Both the position numbers and the translations under genes were made by a program. DNA of 64,000 nt from Cenococcum geophilum (Eukaryota). The notes beneath the pieces are model-generated. The model ran no database searches. It worked only from the letters and a program-made list of their open reading frames with translations, and had not been told where the DNA came from. Below, one piece after another: positions 26,001-41,785 of the stretch. The DNA is taken from assembly GCA_050273025.1 (NCBI GenBank), contig CP158636.1, positions 6,138,001 through 6,202,000 on the forward strand, in the 5' to 3' direction. The first letter of the stretch is position 1, and every line of letters begins with the position of its first letter.

Positions 26001-29000
26001 AAAATAATAGGGCGCTTATAGCACAGTATAAATAGGGACTTAAGGCTAAAGTCTAGGACGCAATTATTTTAATAGAAGATGCGGATACCCTAAGGGAACT
26101 AATAGATTAGGTGATTAAGATTAATAATTAGATCTACTAAAGGGAATAGGCTAAAAGAGGCTAGGATAGAGTTTTATAGTTATATAAGGCGTAAAGTATA
26201 CAATAATAAAAGCTAAGTTAAAAACTATAGTATGGCGCAGAGCTAATAGACCTAAGTAGTACCAAAGAAGCCTATAAGAGAGGGAGCAAACTATAGAAAC
26301 CTAGAGGATAAGAATTAAGTAATTAAAGGTCTAAGAAGCAGAGGCCGAATTAGGGATCTTAATAGCAGAAGACATTTAGGCGGACTCTATAATAAGAGAA
26401 ATGGTTTAAAAAAGGAGCTTATATAAATTATAGAAAACAGGGTTATTATATTAGAGACTATAGGAGTGGGCAGAGTTACTATATAGTAAAAGGCATAAGA
26501 CTAGTAGATAATATATACGTATAGAGGGATAATAATATACTACGAGGAATAAAAGAATGTTTAATTAGAAGTTTTGCGTTTTATTATAATAACGCATACT
26601 AAATTTATAAGGACGCTAAGTACGGCGTAAGCTATTGGCTATAAGAGCTAGCACCTATAGGATATAGAGGAACTAATGAACTAGTTCGCAGATTAGATAT
26701 TAAGGACAATAAATTTAACCTAAGCGAAATATTCCGTAACGATGAGGTAATAAGGGCCGCTTACTAGGAGTAAGTAAACCTTAGAGATGTTATACTAGAG
26801 GTAGAGGATAATTCCACTATAGAATAGGGAATATTAGTAGGGATTAAAACCCCACTAGATATAATGTTTATCGCTTCGCGAGATATAAGAGAAGTAGGAT
26901 AGCAAACTACTTTGGCACTCAATAAAGGCAAAAGGCTAAAGGCTTAAGATTCTTAAGATAAGATAAAAGACAACTAAGATTCTTAAGACAAGATAAGGTA
27001 AGCTTAAGGACCTATAACGGACAGAAACTAATAAAGTAGAGTAATAGCTTAGTTTAAAGATATACGAATAAGCTTAGGATAAGAATTCCTAATAATATAA
27101 GATTCTTAAAATAAGATAAGTAAGATCTAGGACTCTTAAGACGAGATAAGGACACTAGTTAAGCCTAGTTAGACTAAGGTAGGGGCTAAGCTTAAGTTAG
27201 AAGTAAGCTCGGGATTAAAGAATCTAAGGAGTTAAGAATTTAGGGTATAAATTAGGATACCTATAGATAAGAGGCAAGGAGCTTCTTTATAGATTAGAGA
27301 ATCTACGGTATAAATAGTAATTAGCCTAAGAGACAAATATATAGACCTAAAAGATTTACTAGTTAAATAAAGTGTTCAGACTAAAGATTAAAAAGTTAAT
27401 ACTAAGATTAAGAAGTAAGACGACTTTAAGGATTAGAGCGTAAGGCGCAAACTAAAAGAAACTATAGAAGAATTTAGGTAAAGAATTATTATATAGTAAG
27501 AACGGAAACTAAATAAAAGATCTAGTATATTGGGACGTATAAAGGACAGAGTATTAGTATAAAGAATTACTAATAGGCTAAGAGTAGGCATATTAAGAGC
27601 TAAGTGGCTTACCGAACTAGAAGATAAAGAGAATTTAGGGATTTTAACTAGGTTCGAAGAACGATATATAAAGGGCTATTACAATGCAGTAATAAGGAGA
27701 TATTTCCTTATAAATAGACTATATACACTCCAGTAGCTATACTAAAAGTGGTATAGGTAAAGGCACAATAATAAGTGGGAAGATTTCTATATATAGTTAG
27801 ATAAAAAAGTTATCTAGGACCACCTAATTATAGAAAAGGCTATAACGTATATTAAAGGAGCCTTAATTATAACGTTAAAGGATCTAAAGGAATGTTTAGA
27901 GGACTAGAGAAGCGAGAGACGTATCTTAGTACCTGTGAATAAAGTTATAATGTTTAGATTAGTATAATAAAGGTTTAAACTTAGGGATAAAGATAAACTA
28001 AGAGTTAACCTAAAGCACCTAGCACACTATATATTATTATGGATTGCGTGCGTAGACAATATATATAAAATATATAAGAATCTAAAGGAAAAGAATTGGA
28101 AATACTTTATAAGGATATACTAGATAATAGACGAGTAATAGTATAGGAATGCTAAATATATACACGGATGGTATCTAGCAGAGGTCTAAGAGGAAGGAAG
28201 TTTAGTACTTTAACTAGGAAGATTTCTTACGGAAGAATACTTAAATGGACAATAGTGGTGGGAATACCTAGAAAATATGTATCTATGGTATATTAAAGAT
28301 AAAAAGTGAACTAGGCATTAGCTAAAGAGCGAGCTAAGTGCACTAAGATTAAGCAGCTAATAGTTGGGAAAAGTAGAGACCTATAGGATTAGAGGGAGCT
28401 AGTGGTAGAGCCTTAAACCCTTAAAGGAATTTAAGGACAATACCTAAATTTACGAATTAATTAGTAAGATTAGTAGTTTAAAGCGCTAATAGATAGTAGA
28501 GTAACACGAAACCATATCTTATTAGTAATAGTTAAGAGAATGGGGCTACTGTATAGATAAAAGGAGCAACTTTACCTATTAGTTATAATTTTAGGAGATC
28601 TAATAACCTATAAAGAAGGGATTATTAATCTTAAAACAGGACCTATTTAAATAACTATTAAAGGAAAATAAATTAAGATGTCTTTTAATATCCTACCGTT
28701 AGGACGGGATAAGGTAGTATTAGGTATACCTTAGTTATAGGAATATAATCTAAGGATTAATTGGATTATAGGACAGGTTAATATTAGAGATACTTAACGC
28801 TATAAGATGTGATAATAAGCTAAGTTGGTATGGTACTAAGTAGAAGTAACCTATAAAGAAATAGAAAAAGGACTAAGTTATATACTAAAGAGATACTATA
28901 AGTATAGCAAGAAACTATAGTTACTAGAAAGTGAAAAGCTGTTAAAATATATAGTATGGGACTATAAAATAGAATTAGAACTAGGAATAAGTCTAAAGTT

Positions 29001-32000
29001 TTTTCTAATCTATAAGCTTACTAAAGAAGAAGGTAAAGCGTTAAAAGAGTTTATTTAGGAAAACCTATAAAAGGGATATATTAGACTATTATAGTTATTA
29101 ACGGGTTATCTAGTACTGTTTATACTAAAGAAGAATAGTAAACTAAGGCTGTATATTAACTATAGATAGTTAAATAGCATTATTAGGAAGGATAGGTATC
29201 CTTTACCCTTAATTAGCGAAATCTAAGATAGGATAGGTAATGCGTAAATCTTTATAAAGATAGATCTAAGATAGGCGTACTATTAGATTAGGATTAAGGA
29301 AGGTAATAAATAAAAGGCAGCCTTTAGGTTAAAGGAAGGACTGTATAAACTATTAGTTATACAATTTAGGCTTATAAACGCATTAGTAATGTTCTAAAAG
29401 CGTATTAATAATATATTAGGAGAATACTTGGATAAATTTATTATAGTATATCTCGACAATATTATTATCTACTTAATAACTAAGGAAGAATACGGAAAAC
29501 ACATTAAATGGGTCTTAAAGAGACTATAAGAAGAACAGATGCTAGTAGCAATTAAGAAATGCGAGTTCTTTACTAGGAAGACCAATTTTGTTAAATTTAT
29601 TATTAAACTAGGCCAACTTAGTATAGATCTAAAGAAGATCGAGGCTATAGTGAATTAGTAGGAACTAGAGAATGTTATACAGTTAAGATCGTTTCTAGGG
29701 TTTTGTAATTACTATAGAAGGTTTATAGCGCAGTAGTTAAAGGATATTAAGCTATTTACGCGGTTAATAAAGAAAGAAGAACTATGGGTATAGGGGGAAG
29801 AGTAAAGAGAACTCTTTAAAAAAGTTAAAGAGTTGTTTACCTAGGAGCTAGTTCTTAAGATCTATTAACTAGGACTAGAGATGGTTATAGAAACAGATGC
29901 ATTAGACTATATACTAGGGGCGTGCTTTATATAAAGGCATTAAGATAAATAGTACCTAGTGGTATATTATAGTTAAAAGATAACACTACCGGAGTTAAAC
30001 TATAATATCTATAATAAGGAGTTATTAGGTATAGTTATAGTATTAAAGGAATAGAGAGCATTCTTATAAGGTATAGAGAAACTATTTATAGTTAAAACGG
30101 ATTATAAGAACCTAATAGGATTCCTAATAACAAAGGAACTTAACCAAAGATAGGTTAGATGGGCAGAGATGCTTACGGAATACTATTTTAAGATTTAGTA
30201 TACTAAGGGTACAGATAATACGCGGGTAGATGCTTTAAGCCGCAAAGCTAAACTATAAAATGAGGAAAAGCCATTAGGGGCTTTATTGCGAAAAGATATA
30301 GACGGATTAATTAGGTATAATTATCTAAAAATTGCAGCAACTTAAGAAAATAATAAACTAGAGAAAGTCTACAAGATACTAGAAAGCTTTTAGGTATAAA
30401 GAATTCTAGAAGTATAGCTAGAAGATCTATAGACGGATATATACGAAAATTGAGAAGTAAAGTATATCCTAAGAAGTATAGCAGAGTAGTTTGTAGAGGA
30501 CTTCTATAAGGGACTAACTTAAGGACACAATAGAGCTATAGGCTTAGTGTTGAGACTCTAAAAGGAGTACATTATTAATAGAATTTAGAGGATAGCTAGA
30601 AGGATTATAAAGGAATATCTAGATTGCTAAAGGAATAAACTAATAAGGCATAAGCTATATAGAGGGCTATAACCTATTAAAATACTAGAGAGACTATAAA
30701 AGGTTATATTATGGGACTTTATTATTAAGTTGCTAAAATTAAAAGATCCTATTACCGGACAAGATTATAACGCGATCTTAGTAATAGTAGATAAGCTTAT
30801 AAAGTGGGGATACTTTATAGTATATATAGAAGAAATCTTAGCGGAAGATGTCACTAGAATCTACGTTAAAGAAGTGTTTATAAGATATAGAGTACTAAGT
30901 AAAATTATATTAGATAGAGATCTAAGATTTATAGTAATATTTTAGGAAGTGTTCTTAGCGAAGTAAAGAGTTTAAGTAGTAACTTCTACCGCATATTATT
31001 TATAGACAGACGGTTAAACGGAAAGATTAAATTAGACGCTAGAATAGTATCTAAGGCATTATATTAATTATATATAGAATAATTGGGTATTACTATTACC
31101 AGTTATATAGTTTGCATATAATATAACACCTTAAGAAGGAATAGGTATATTACTATTTAAGGCAAATTATAGATACGAGCTAAGAATATCGTTGTTACTA
31201 CGGTAAGTGAAGAAAACAAGTAGTATAGCTAAAAAGAGAATGAAGATATTAATAAATCTTTATATAAACCTTATAGAATTAGTGAAGAAAGTATAAAAGA
31301 GAATAAAAAAGTACTATAATGCTAAGAGATCTAAGGGACCAGATTTTAAGGAGGGAGATAAAGTATAGCTACTATATAAAAATTTTAAGAGTTAATGACT
31401 AAGCAAGAAATTGGATTATATTAGACTAGGACCTTTCGAAATTATATAGAGGATTTCACCGGTTATGTTTAAGTTAAACCTACTAGCTAAAATGAAGATC
31501 TACCCTATATAGCATATCGCAATGCTAGAGCCAGTATATGGGAATATTGAGCCACCGGTCTATAAAGTAGACATATATAGAGGACAGGAAGAAGACAAAT
31601 AGTAAGTTTTGAAGATTGTTAGTTATAAGGACGTTAATAATAAAACATAGTATAAGGTTAAGTAAATAGGCTACACTAAGACTACCTAGAAGCTATTAAA
31701 GAATTTAAAGAACGCTATAGGAAAGGTATAGGAGTATTAGAAGAGATTAGGTTAGGTAGCATTAATAAAGAAGGATTGCTAAAGAATAAGTCACCTAAGG
31801 GGGACCTAAGAAGAGTAGTTGCTGAACTACTTAGATTTATTTCCTTCTCTATTAGAGGAGAATCCGTTCTTTTATTACCTAGTTCCTGTAGACCTTATTT
31901 TATAAGTTTTCACTTCTTGGAACAAACCTTCTTATAGACCTTCTTAAGACGAAGTAGATAAGTAGATGCCGTAATTTAAGTATCTAAAGCCTTCTGTTCC

Positions 32001-35000
32001 GTATTATGGGAACGTTCTAACTTAGTAAGGGCTTATAATAGTTTACTATCTAGCCACGCAGTAGTAGATTAAATATAAGACCCTAAGATAAATTAATTAG
32101 GGAATTAGACGACTATTAAGAGTAATAGGTCGCGTATATTTAGCATTAGAAGTAGAGCGAATGTTACAAGACAAACGAATATTTGCTTTAGTATACTCTA
32201 AGTAAGAGGACGGTTATTGCGAAGATGGGTTCGCTAACGCAATATAAACTAACCCCTTTTTTAAATAACGAGAATATGGAGACGGTATAATCTTACTAAG
32301 AGATAATATTATAGCAATAATGCGAGCACGACGTTAGGCGTGTAAAGAAGAAATTACTTTAGGTATAATAAGCAATAATATTAACCAAATTAATTAAACG
32401 GACATTATACCTTTAGTAAATGACTTGGAGATATTTTAAATTTTTAAGGATAAAGATAAAGAGGAGGGAGATAGTGTTACGGACGCTTTAAGTATAATGT
32501 TATAACTACTTGGAGAAGAGATAGAAGAAGCTAGTTAGTTAATTTAGGTATAGTTTAAAATAGAGCCGATAGAACTATATGACGAGGAATGGTAACTAAG
32601 GTTATATAATATACTATATATTAAATGAGAGAAACAAGAGGAACTTACGTGCCTTATATATAAGACGTATATTACGTATAAGAAGGATTTTATAGGAGTA
32701 CGGTTGTGTATTTAAGGACCCTTAGTTCCTACCTAGATAGTTCCTTCCTTATAGTAATTCTCAGAATATAATTGGAGTTAATCTGTTAGGCAACCACTCC
32801 ACCAGTTGTTATTACGTTGTTGACTTTTATACTTGCATTTCCTATATACCTAGCCCAATAACGAGCCCATCGTAGTTCTTGCTACAAGGTTCCGTTACAA
32901 CGTAAGAAAAGTAGAGTAGTAAACTACTTCGGCACTTAATAAAGGCAAAAGGCTATAGGCTTAAGATTTTTATAACGAGATAAAAGATAACTAAGATTCT
33001 TAAGACAAGATAAGACAAGCTTAAGAACCTATAATAGACGATAACCAATAGAGTAGAGTAATGGCTTAGTTTAGTAATATATAAATAAGCTTAGGGCGAA
33101 GTTTCCTAAAGGTATAAGACTCTTAAGACAAGATAAGTGAAATTTAAGACTTTTAAAATAAGATAAAAATACTAAATAAGCCTAGTTAGACTAAGGCTAA
33201 AGTAAAGCTTAAGATAGAAGTAAGTTTAGGATTAAGAATCCTATAGAACCAAAATTTTAGTAACAGAATAAGGACTATTAAAGAAATTATAAGTAAGGCT
33301 TAGTAATAGGATCAAAATGTTAATACTATAATTAAGAAGTAAGAAGACTTTAAGGATTTATCTATAAGACGCAAACCAAAAGAAACTATAGAAGAATTTA
33401 GGCAATAAATTATTGTATAGCAAGAACAGAAACTAGATAAAAGATCTAGTATATTAGGCCGTATAAGGGACAGAGCACCTATATAAAGAATTACTAATAG
33501 GCCTAGAGTAGGCATACTAAAAGCTAAGTAACTTACTAAACTAAAAAATAAAGAGGATTTAGGGATCCTTATTAAGTTTAAAGAACAATATATAAAGGGC
33601 TATTACAACATAGTAATAAGAAGATACTTCCTTACGGACAAGCTATATACACTCTAATAGCTATACTAAAAGTAATATAGGCAGAGACATAATAATAAGT
33701 AGGAAGATTTCTATATATAGTTAGATAAGAAAGTTATCTAGGACCACCCTATTATAGAGAAGGCTATAACTCATATTAAAGGAGCCTTAATTATAACGTT
33801 AAAGGATCTAGAGGAATAATTAGAGGACTAGAGAAGCAAAAGACGTATCTTAGTACCTGTAAATAAAGTTATAACGTTTAGATTAGTATAATAAAGGTTT
33901 AAACTTAAAGATAAAGATAAGTTAAGAGTTAACCTAAAGTACCTAGTATACTATACGCTATTATAGATCGCATGCGTAGACAATATATATAAAATATATA
34001 AAAATCCAAAGGAAAAGAATTGGAAATACCCTATAAGGATATATTAGGCGCTAGATAAGCAATAGTATAGAAATACTAAGTATATATATAGATAGCATCT
34101 AGTAGAAACTTAGGAATTAGGAGACTTAATACTTTAACTAAAAAGATTTCTTATAGAAGAATACTTAGATAAATAATAGTAGTAGGAATACCTAAAAAAT
34201 ATATATCTATAGTATATAGAAGATAAAAAGCAAACTAGGCATTAGCTAAAAAGTAAGCTAAGTATAATAAAATTAAATAGCTAATAGTTAGGAAAAGTAG
34301 AGGCCTACGGGACTAAAGGGAGCTAGTAGTAGAGCCTTAGACCCTTAAAGGAATTTAAGGACAATACCTAAATTTAAGGATTAATTAGTAAGATTAACAG
34401 TTTAAAGCGCTAATAAATAGTAGAGCAACGTAAAACTATATCTTACTAGCAGTAGTTAAAAGAATAGGATTACCTTATAGATAAAAGGAGCAACCTTATC
34501 TATTAGTTATAATTTTAGGAGATCTAATAGCCTATAAAGGAGGGATTATTAATCTTAAAATAGGACCTATTTAGTTAACCATTAAAGGAAGACAAATTAA
34601 GATATCTTTTAATATCCTACTATTAGGACGGGATAAGGCAGTATTAGGCATGCCTTAGTTATAGGAATACAATCTAAGAATTAATTAGATTATAGGTTAG
34701 GTTAATATTAAAGATACTTAATAATATAAGATGCGACAGTAAACTAAGTTAGTATAGTACTAAGTCGGAGCGATATATAAAGAGACTAAGTAAGGCTTAA
34801 GTTATATACTAAAAAGATACTATAAGTATGGCAAGAAACTATAAAGCCTAGAAAGTAAAAAGCTAGCAGATTATATAGCATAGAACTATAAAATAGAGTT
34901 AGAACTAAAAATAAGTCTAAAGTTCTTTCTAACCTATAAGCTCACTTAAGAGGAGACAAGCGCACTTAAAGAGTTTGTCTAAGAAAACTTATAAAAAGGA

Positions 35001-38000
35001 TATATTAGACTATCGCAGTTATTAGCAGGATATCCAGTACTATTTATACTAAAGAAAAACGGAAAACTTAGGTTATGCATTAACTATAGACAGTTAAACA
35101 GCATTACTTAGAAGAATAGGTATCCTTTACCCTTAATTAGTAAAATTTAAGATTAGATAGGTAATACACAAATCTTTATAAAGATAGATCTAAGATAGGC
35201 GTACCATTAGATTAGAATTAAGGAAGGCAATAAATAGAAGGCAGCCTTTAGATTAAAAGAAGGACTATATAAACTATTAGTTATACAATTCGGATTAATA
35301 AATATACTAGCAACATTTTAGAAATAAATTAATAGTGTATTAGGAGAACACCTTAATAAGTTTATTATAGCATACCTTAATAATATTATTATCTACTTAA
35401 TAACTAAGAAAGAATACGGGAAATACGTTAAATGGGTTTTAAAGAGACTATAAGAAGAATAGATGCTAGTAGCAATTAAAAAATACGAGTTCTTTACAAG
35501 GAAGACTAATTTCGTTAGATTTATTATTAAACTAGGTTATATTAGTATGGACCTAAAGAAGATTAAAGCTATAGTAAGTTGGTAAGAACTAAAGAATATA
35601 ACGCAGTTAAGGTTATTCTTAGGGTTTTGCAACTACTATAGAAGGTTTATAGTATAATAGTTAAAAAACATTAAACTATTTACTAGGCTTATAAAGAAAG
35701 AGGAACTATAGGCATAGGAAAACAAATAAAAGAAGCTATTTAAGGAACTTAAGGAGTTATTTACTTAGGAGCCAATCCTTAAAATCTATTAACTAGGATT
35801 AGACACGGTTGTAGAAATAGACGTATTAGACTATATACTAAGAGCATACTTACTATAGAAGTATAAGGACATATAGCATCTAGTAGCATATTATAGTAGA
35901 AAGATAACACTACTAGAACTAAACTATAACGTCTATAACAAGGAGTTATTAAGTATAGTTATAGCATTTAAGGAATAGAGAGCATTCTTATAAGGCGTAG
36001 AAAAACTATTTATAGTTAAAATGGATTATAAGAACCTAATGGGGTTCCTAATAACAAAAGAACTTAATTAAAGATAGGTTAGATAGGCAGAGATACTTAC
36101 AGAATACTATTTTAAGATTTAGTATATTAAGGGAACTAAAAATACAAGAGCAGATGCACTTAGTAAAAAGGCTAAACTATAGAATAATAAAAAACTATTA
36201 GGAGCAATATTACGTAGAGATAAGAATAGATTAATTAGATATAATTACCCTAAACTAGTAGTAACTTAGGAAGATAACAAACTAGGAAAAGTCTATAAGA
36301 TACTAGAAAGCTTTTAGGTATAAAGAATCTTTAAAGCATAGCTAGAAGAACAGTTAAAATATCCTAAAGAAGAAATACTATATAAGTATAGGGAGGCAAA
36401 GTATATTCCAAGAAGCATAGCAGAGTATTTTATAGAAGATTTTTATAAGGGAATAACTTAAGAACACAATGGAGTAATAGGCTTAGTATTAAGACTTTAG
36501 GAAGAATATATTATTAATAGAATCTAAAATATCGTAAGAAAAGTAATAAAAGAGTATCTAGATTACTAAAGAAATAAACTAATAAGGTATAAGCCGTATG
36601 GAGGGCTATAACCTATTAAAATACTAGAGAGACTATAGGAGGTTATATTATAGGACTTTATTATTAAGTTACTAAAGTTAAGAGATCCTATTACCAGATA
36701 AGATTATAATGCGATTTTAGTAATAGTAGATAAGTTAACTAAATAGGGCTACTTTATAGCATATACAGAAGAAATCTTAGTAAAAGATGTCGCTAAAATC
36801 TATATTAAAGAAGTATTTATAAAATATAGAGCACTAAGTAAAATTATATCGGATAGAGATCTAAGATTCGTAATAGTATTTTAGGAGGTATTCTTAGCGG
36901 AGTAAGGAGTTAGAGTAGTAACTTTTACCGCATATTATCCGTAGACAGACGGTTAAATGAAAAGATTAAATTAGACGCTAGAATAGTATCTAAGACATTA
37001 TATTAATTACGTACAGAATAATTGGGTATTGTTATTACTAGTTATATAGTTTATATATAATGCAACACCATAGAAAGGAATAGGTATATTACTATTTAAG
37101 GCAAACTATAGATATAAGCTAAGAATATTATTATTACTAAGATAAGTAAAGAAATTAAGTAGTACAGCTAAAAAAAGAATAAAGATATTAATAAATCTTT
37201 ATATAAACCTTATAGAATTAGTAAAGAGAGTATAAGGAAGAATAAAAAAGAACTATAATATTAAGAGATCTAAGGGACTAGATCTTAAGGAGGGAGATAA
37301 AGTATAGCTACTATATAAAATTTTTAAAAGTTAATAACTAAGTAAGAAGTTAAACTACGTCAGACTAGGACCTTTTAAAATTATTTAAAGGATTTTACCA
37401 GTTATGTTTAAGTTAAACCTATTAGTTAAACCTATTAGCTAAAATAAAGATCTACCCTATATAATATATCGCAATGCTAGAGCTAGCATATAGAAATATT
37501 AAGCTACTAGTTTATAAAGCAGACACGTATAGAGGATAAGAAAAAGATAAATAGTAAGTTTTAAAGATCATTAGTTATAAGGACGTTAATAATAAAATAT
37601 AGTATAAAGTTAAGTAAATAGGCTATAATAAGACTACCTAGGAACTATTAAAGAATTTAAAGAACGCTATAAGAAAGGTATAGAAGTATTAGAAGAGATT
37701 AGGTTAGGTAGTATTAATAAAAAAGGATCGCTAAAAAATAAGTTACCTAAGGGGGACTTAAGAAGAGCAGTTGCTAAACTACTTAGATTTATTTCCCTCT
37801 TGGACAGAAAAAAATCCATTCTTTTATCGCTAAGTTTCTGTAAACCTTATTCTATAAGTTTCTACTCTTTAAAACGGACCTTCTTATAAACCTTCTTAAG
37901 ACGGATTAACTAAGTGGACGCAGTAAGACGAGAGTTAAGGGCCCGTTATTAAGCATTAGCAGCCTCTTATTTAGCATTATAAAAATAATATAACTCGGCT

Positions 38001-38868
38001 AGAGTAACAAATAGTTTATTATCTAGCCGCGTAGCAGTAGATTAAATATAAGACCCTAAAATAAATCAATTAAGGAACTAGATAACTATTAAAAGTAATA
38101 GGTTATATATATTTAGCATTAGAGATAGAGCAAACGTCGTAGGATAAATAAATATTTGCTTTAATATACTTTAAGTAAAAGGACGGTTATTATAAAGATA
38201 GATTCGTCAATATAATACAGACTAACCCCTCTTTTAAATAGCGAAAATACGGAAACGGTATAATCTTACTAAGAGATAATATTGCAGTAATAGTATAAGC
38301 ATAATAAACGGTTAAAGAAGTAGAAAGAGCTTTAGGTATAATAAGCAACGATATTAACTAAATTAATTAGACGGATATTATACCTCTAGTAAATAACTTA
38401 GAGATATTTTAAATCTTTAAGGATAAAGATAAAGAGGAGGGAGATAGTGTTACGGACGCTTTAAGTATAATATTATAACTACTTAGAGAGGAGTTAGAAG
38501 AAGCTAGTTAGTTAATATAAATATAGTCTAGGATAGAGCTAATAGAGCTATATAACGAGGAATAGTAGCTAAGGTTATATAACGTAATCTATATAATCTA
38601 TAGGATCCGCAGGATCTATAATAGAGTAGATAGAGTATACGTACCTTATATACTAAGGGGATTTCTTAGAAGTACGGTTATGTATTTAAAGGACCACAGT
38701 CCCTACCTAGATAGTTCTCTCCTTTATAGTAAATCTTAGAATATAATTAGAGTTAATCTATTAGGCAACTACTCCACTAGTTATTATTACATTATTAACT
38801 TCTTATTTACCTATATACCTAGCCTATTAATAAGTCTACCGTAATTCCTACTATAAGGCTTCATTATA
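23018..38868 (+). mobile_element. Ty3/gypsy chromovirus (family 1, copy A) with nested copy B
   Basis: 421-bp LTRs at 23018-23438 and 38448-38868, TSD cggcg. gag with CCHC remnant (~24480); pol at ~34400-37700. Confidence 0.93.
24949..32899 (+). mobile_element. Full-length Ty3/gypsy chromovirus (family 1, copy B) inserted in the gag of copy A
   Basis: 425-bp LTRs at 24949-25373 and 32475-32899, TSD acgta. Protease LIDS (~28490), RT YLDN (~29450), RNase H ETDA (~29890), integrase (~30700-31200), chromodomain (~31600), PPT at ~32450-32474. Confidence 0.94.
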
Positions 38869-38873
38869 CGGCG

Positions 38874-39029
38874 GGCGTATTTACTAGGCTAGGCCTTTAG
38901 GCAGTATTCTTCTAGGTAGTTACTTATAATCCTCTAAATATCCTTTAGCGATGCCTATAGTATAGCTCCTAGCCTATTAGTGACTTTCTAGGTATACTTT
39001 TCCTAGTTAAGTTTCTTAGTAGCGTATCT
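38874..39029 (-). mobile_element. Continuation of the LINE remnant
   Basis: Lies directly after the cggcg TSD of copy A. Confidence 0.65.
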
Positions 39030-40595
39030 TATAATAAAGCCTTATAGGAAATACTATAGTAGACTTTTTAATGGGCTAGGTATATAGGTATAAAATAGTT
39101 AATAACGTAAATATAACTAATAGAGTGGTTACCTAATAAATTAACTCTAATTATATTCTAAGATTTACTATAAAGAAGAGAACTATCTAGGTAGGGACTG
39201 TAGTCCTTTAAATATATAATACTGCGCCTAAGAAATATACTAAGTACGTTAGTATATTAGTACGTTAATACGTTACGTTTCTACGTTTCTATATTCTTAC
39301 GTTCCAAAATTATAATATAACTAGCTATATAACTTAGTTATCCCTTATTTTATAGCTTAATCGGTTTTAGTGCCTCGTATACTATCTTAACTAACCCATT
39401 TATATCTCCTTTTAGTAGTTATACTACTGTTAATATAAGGTCCGTAACACTATCCTCCTCCTTTTTATCTTTGTCCTTAAAGATATCTCTTATCTCTAAG
39501 TCGTTTATTAGAGGTATAGCATTCCTATCTTTAATTTAATAACCTTTATTATTTCTAATACCTCCTATTAGATCCTTTACGTCTAATCATTATAACTAGC
39601 TAGTGACGTTTATTCTTTTACTTAGTAAAGTTATACCGTCCTGTTCTCGTTATATAGAGAAGAAGTTAGTATATATTATAATCGCGGCTCCGTCTAGTCG
39701 TTAACCTTCTTTTTATACTAAGTATACATAAGCAAATATACGGTTATTCTATAATGTTTAATCCGTCTCTAATACTAAGTATATATATTTTATTATTTAT
39801 TATAACCGTTTAGTTCCTTATTTAATTTGTCTTAGGGTTTTATATATTAGTAGCGGCTAAAGACTAAAAAGTAAGCTAGCTAAGGCCCTTACTAAGGTTT
39901 AGTATCGTTCTAATAAGGCATCTTAGGCTCTAAAAGCTTACATTAGGAAAATGTTCATGCCTCCTAATAGTACTGACAGGCTCCTAATAGCTCCTGTTAG
40001 GGCTACCAGGATCTTTAAAAGACCCTTATACTTAGTTTCCTGTTAGGAGCCTATTAGAAGGCCGCCCGGACCAAACGGACTAAACGGACCTCCAGGACCA
40101 TCAGGACCATTAGGACAATTAGGACAATTAGGATAATTAAAATAATTAAAATTCTAGATTTCAAAATAAGGTATATTAATACTCCAGTATTTATAGCAGT
40201 TAAAATATATAATTTAGGTTAATTTTAGGCCCTATTCTATGTACACGATGCTTTAAGCAATTTAAATAATCTAAATCGATCCTTCCTACCTACCACCTAT
40301 GTCTGTGTCTGTGTCTGTGTCTGTGTCTACTCGGGCGTTGAGCGATTAATTGAGGAGACGAGGGGTAAGGCTCTTGCAGAGGCTCCAAACCGTCGATTGG
40401 CGGTGTTCCCGATGATCCGCCGGCCGTGTACTGATTTCCTAACTAAGCCTAGTACCTGCCTGCCTGCTTGTCCTGCCTGTCCTACCTGTCTGACCGTCCT
40501 ACCTGTCTGTGCCTACCTGTCTGTGCCTACCTGTCTGTACCTACCTATCTGTGCCTGTCGTGCCTACTTGTCTATGCCTACCTGTCTGTATCTGT

Positions 40596-41005
40596 AATTC
40601 GGGGGAGAGGTCGGCCCGATCGAAGGCTCTGCTTAATTCGATTGGTCGATTGATCGTATTAATTCGATTGCGATTGATTGTATTGATTCGAATCATTCTC
40701 TATGGGCGTTCGCTGGCTATACGTTTGAACGGTGGTCGTCTGGGGTGCCTCCCTAAGAGGCCTTGATTCGATTTGATTCGGTAACGGGATAATATCGAGG
40801 CTCTGGTTCGATTCGATCGATCGATTGAATTGATCGTGGTGTTCGCCGGCTGGTCGTTTAAACGATTATCGTCTGGCTCTGGCGACGGTCGTCTGGTTCT
40901 GGCGACGGTCTCTAGTTCTGGCGACGGTCCTCTCCTACCTGCCTACCTACCTACCTATCTGCCTACCTACCTACCTATCTGCCTACCTACCTACCTACCT
41001 ACCTA

Positions 41006-41041
<36 letters not shown>

Positions 41042-41341
41042 CGTTAGTGTTTGGTTTAATTTGGGGGAGGAGTCGGCCTGATCGAAGGCTCTGATTGATT
41101 TGAATCGTTCTCTATGGCCGTTCGCTGGCTGTACATTCGAACGGTAGTCGTCTGGGGTGCCTCCCTAGGAGGCCTTGATTCGATTCGGTGACGGGCCGAT
41201 ATTAAAGCTCTGGTTCAATTCGATCGATTAATTAATTAAATCGTTTGTGGTGTTTGCTGGCTGGTCGTTCAAACGGTCGTCTGACTCTAGGACGGTCATC
41301 TCATTCTGGCAACGGTCGTCTGGTTCTGGCGACGGTCCTCT
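40596..41341. repeat. Two direct-repeat units (40596-40934 and 41058-41341), each preceded by a (CCTR)n tract
   Basis: Shared ggggga..tcggcc.gatcgaaggctctg...gtcgtctggggtgcctcccta.gaggccttgattcg...ctggcgacggtcctct. Confidence 0.9.
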
Positions 41342-41486
41342 GCTGGCTGCCGTTCTAGTGCCTCCTAAGGTAGGGAGGATGTAAGGAAGGGTAAAAAATA
41401 AGGTGGCTACTAAGGGATAACTTGGCAGAGGCACGTGTAGGCTATCGGGAATATAGCGGGGACCCGATAGTAATGTGTGTCATGCG

Positions 41487-41785
41487 GAGCTTCGTGTAGA
41501 GCCTCCGTACGCAGAGCTTCGCGCAGAGCCTCGTGCAGAGCCTTTGTACGTAGAGCTTCGTGTAGAGCTTCGTATAGAGCTTTGCGCAGAGCTTCGTGTA
41601 GATCTTCGTGTAGAGCTTCGTGTAGAGCTTCGTGTAGAGCTTCGTGTAGAGCTTCGTGCAGAGCTTCGTGCAGAGCTTCGTGCAGAGCTTCGTGCAGAGC
41701 TTCGTGCAGAGCTTCGTGCAGAGCTTCGTGTAGAGCTTCGTGAAGAGCTTCGTGTAGAGCTTCGTGCAGAGCCTCGTGCAGAGCC
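41487..41785. repeat. 12-bp minisatellite GAGCTTCGTG(C/T)A, about 25 copies
   Basis: Read directly. C/T variants fall at CpA, consistent with RIP. Confidence 0.95.

Noticed and set aside
30730..30945. Stand-alone genes for the ORFs at 4593, 30730, 33312, 61066 and 63485
   Set aside because: They are sense fragments or antisense shadows of RIPed retroelement sequence.
40397..41434. Short Cys/Pro/Leu-rich ORFs
   Set aside because: They arise from (CCTR)n microsatellites and repeat units.
40596..41785. CRISPR-like array
   Set aside because: No unique spacers between repeats, no cas genes, and the context is eukaryotic.
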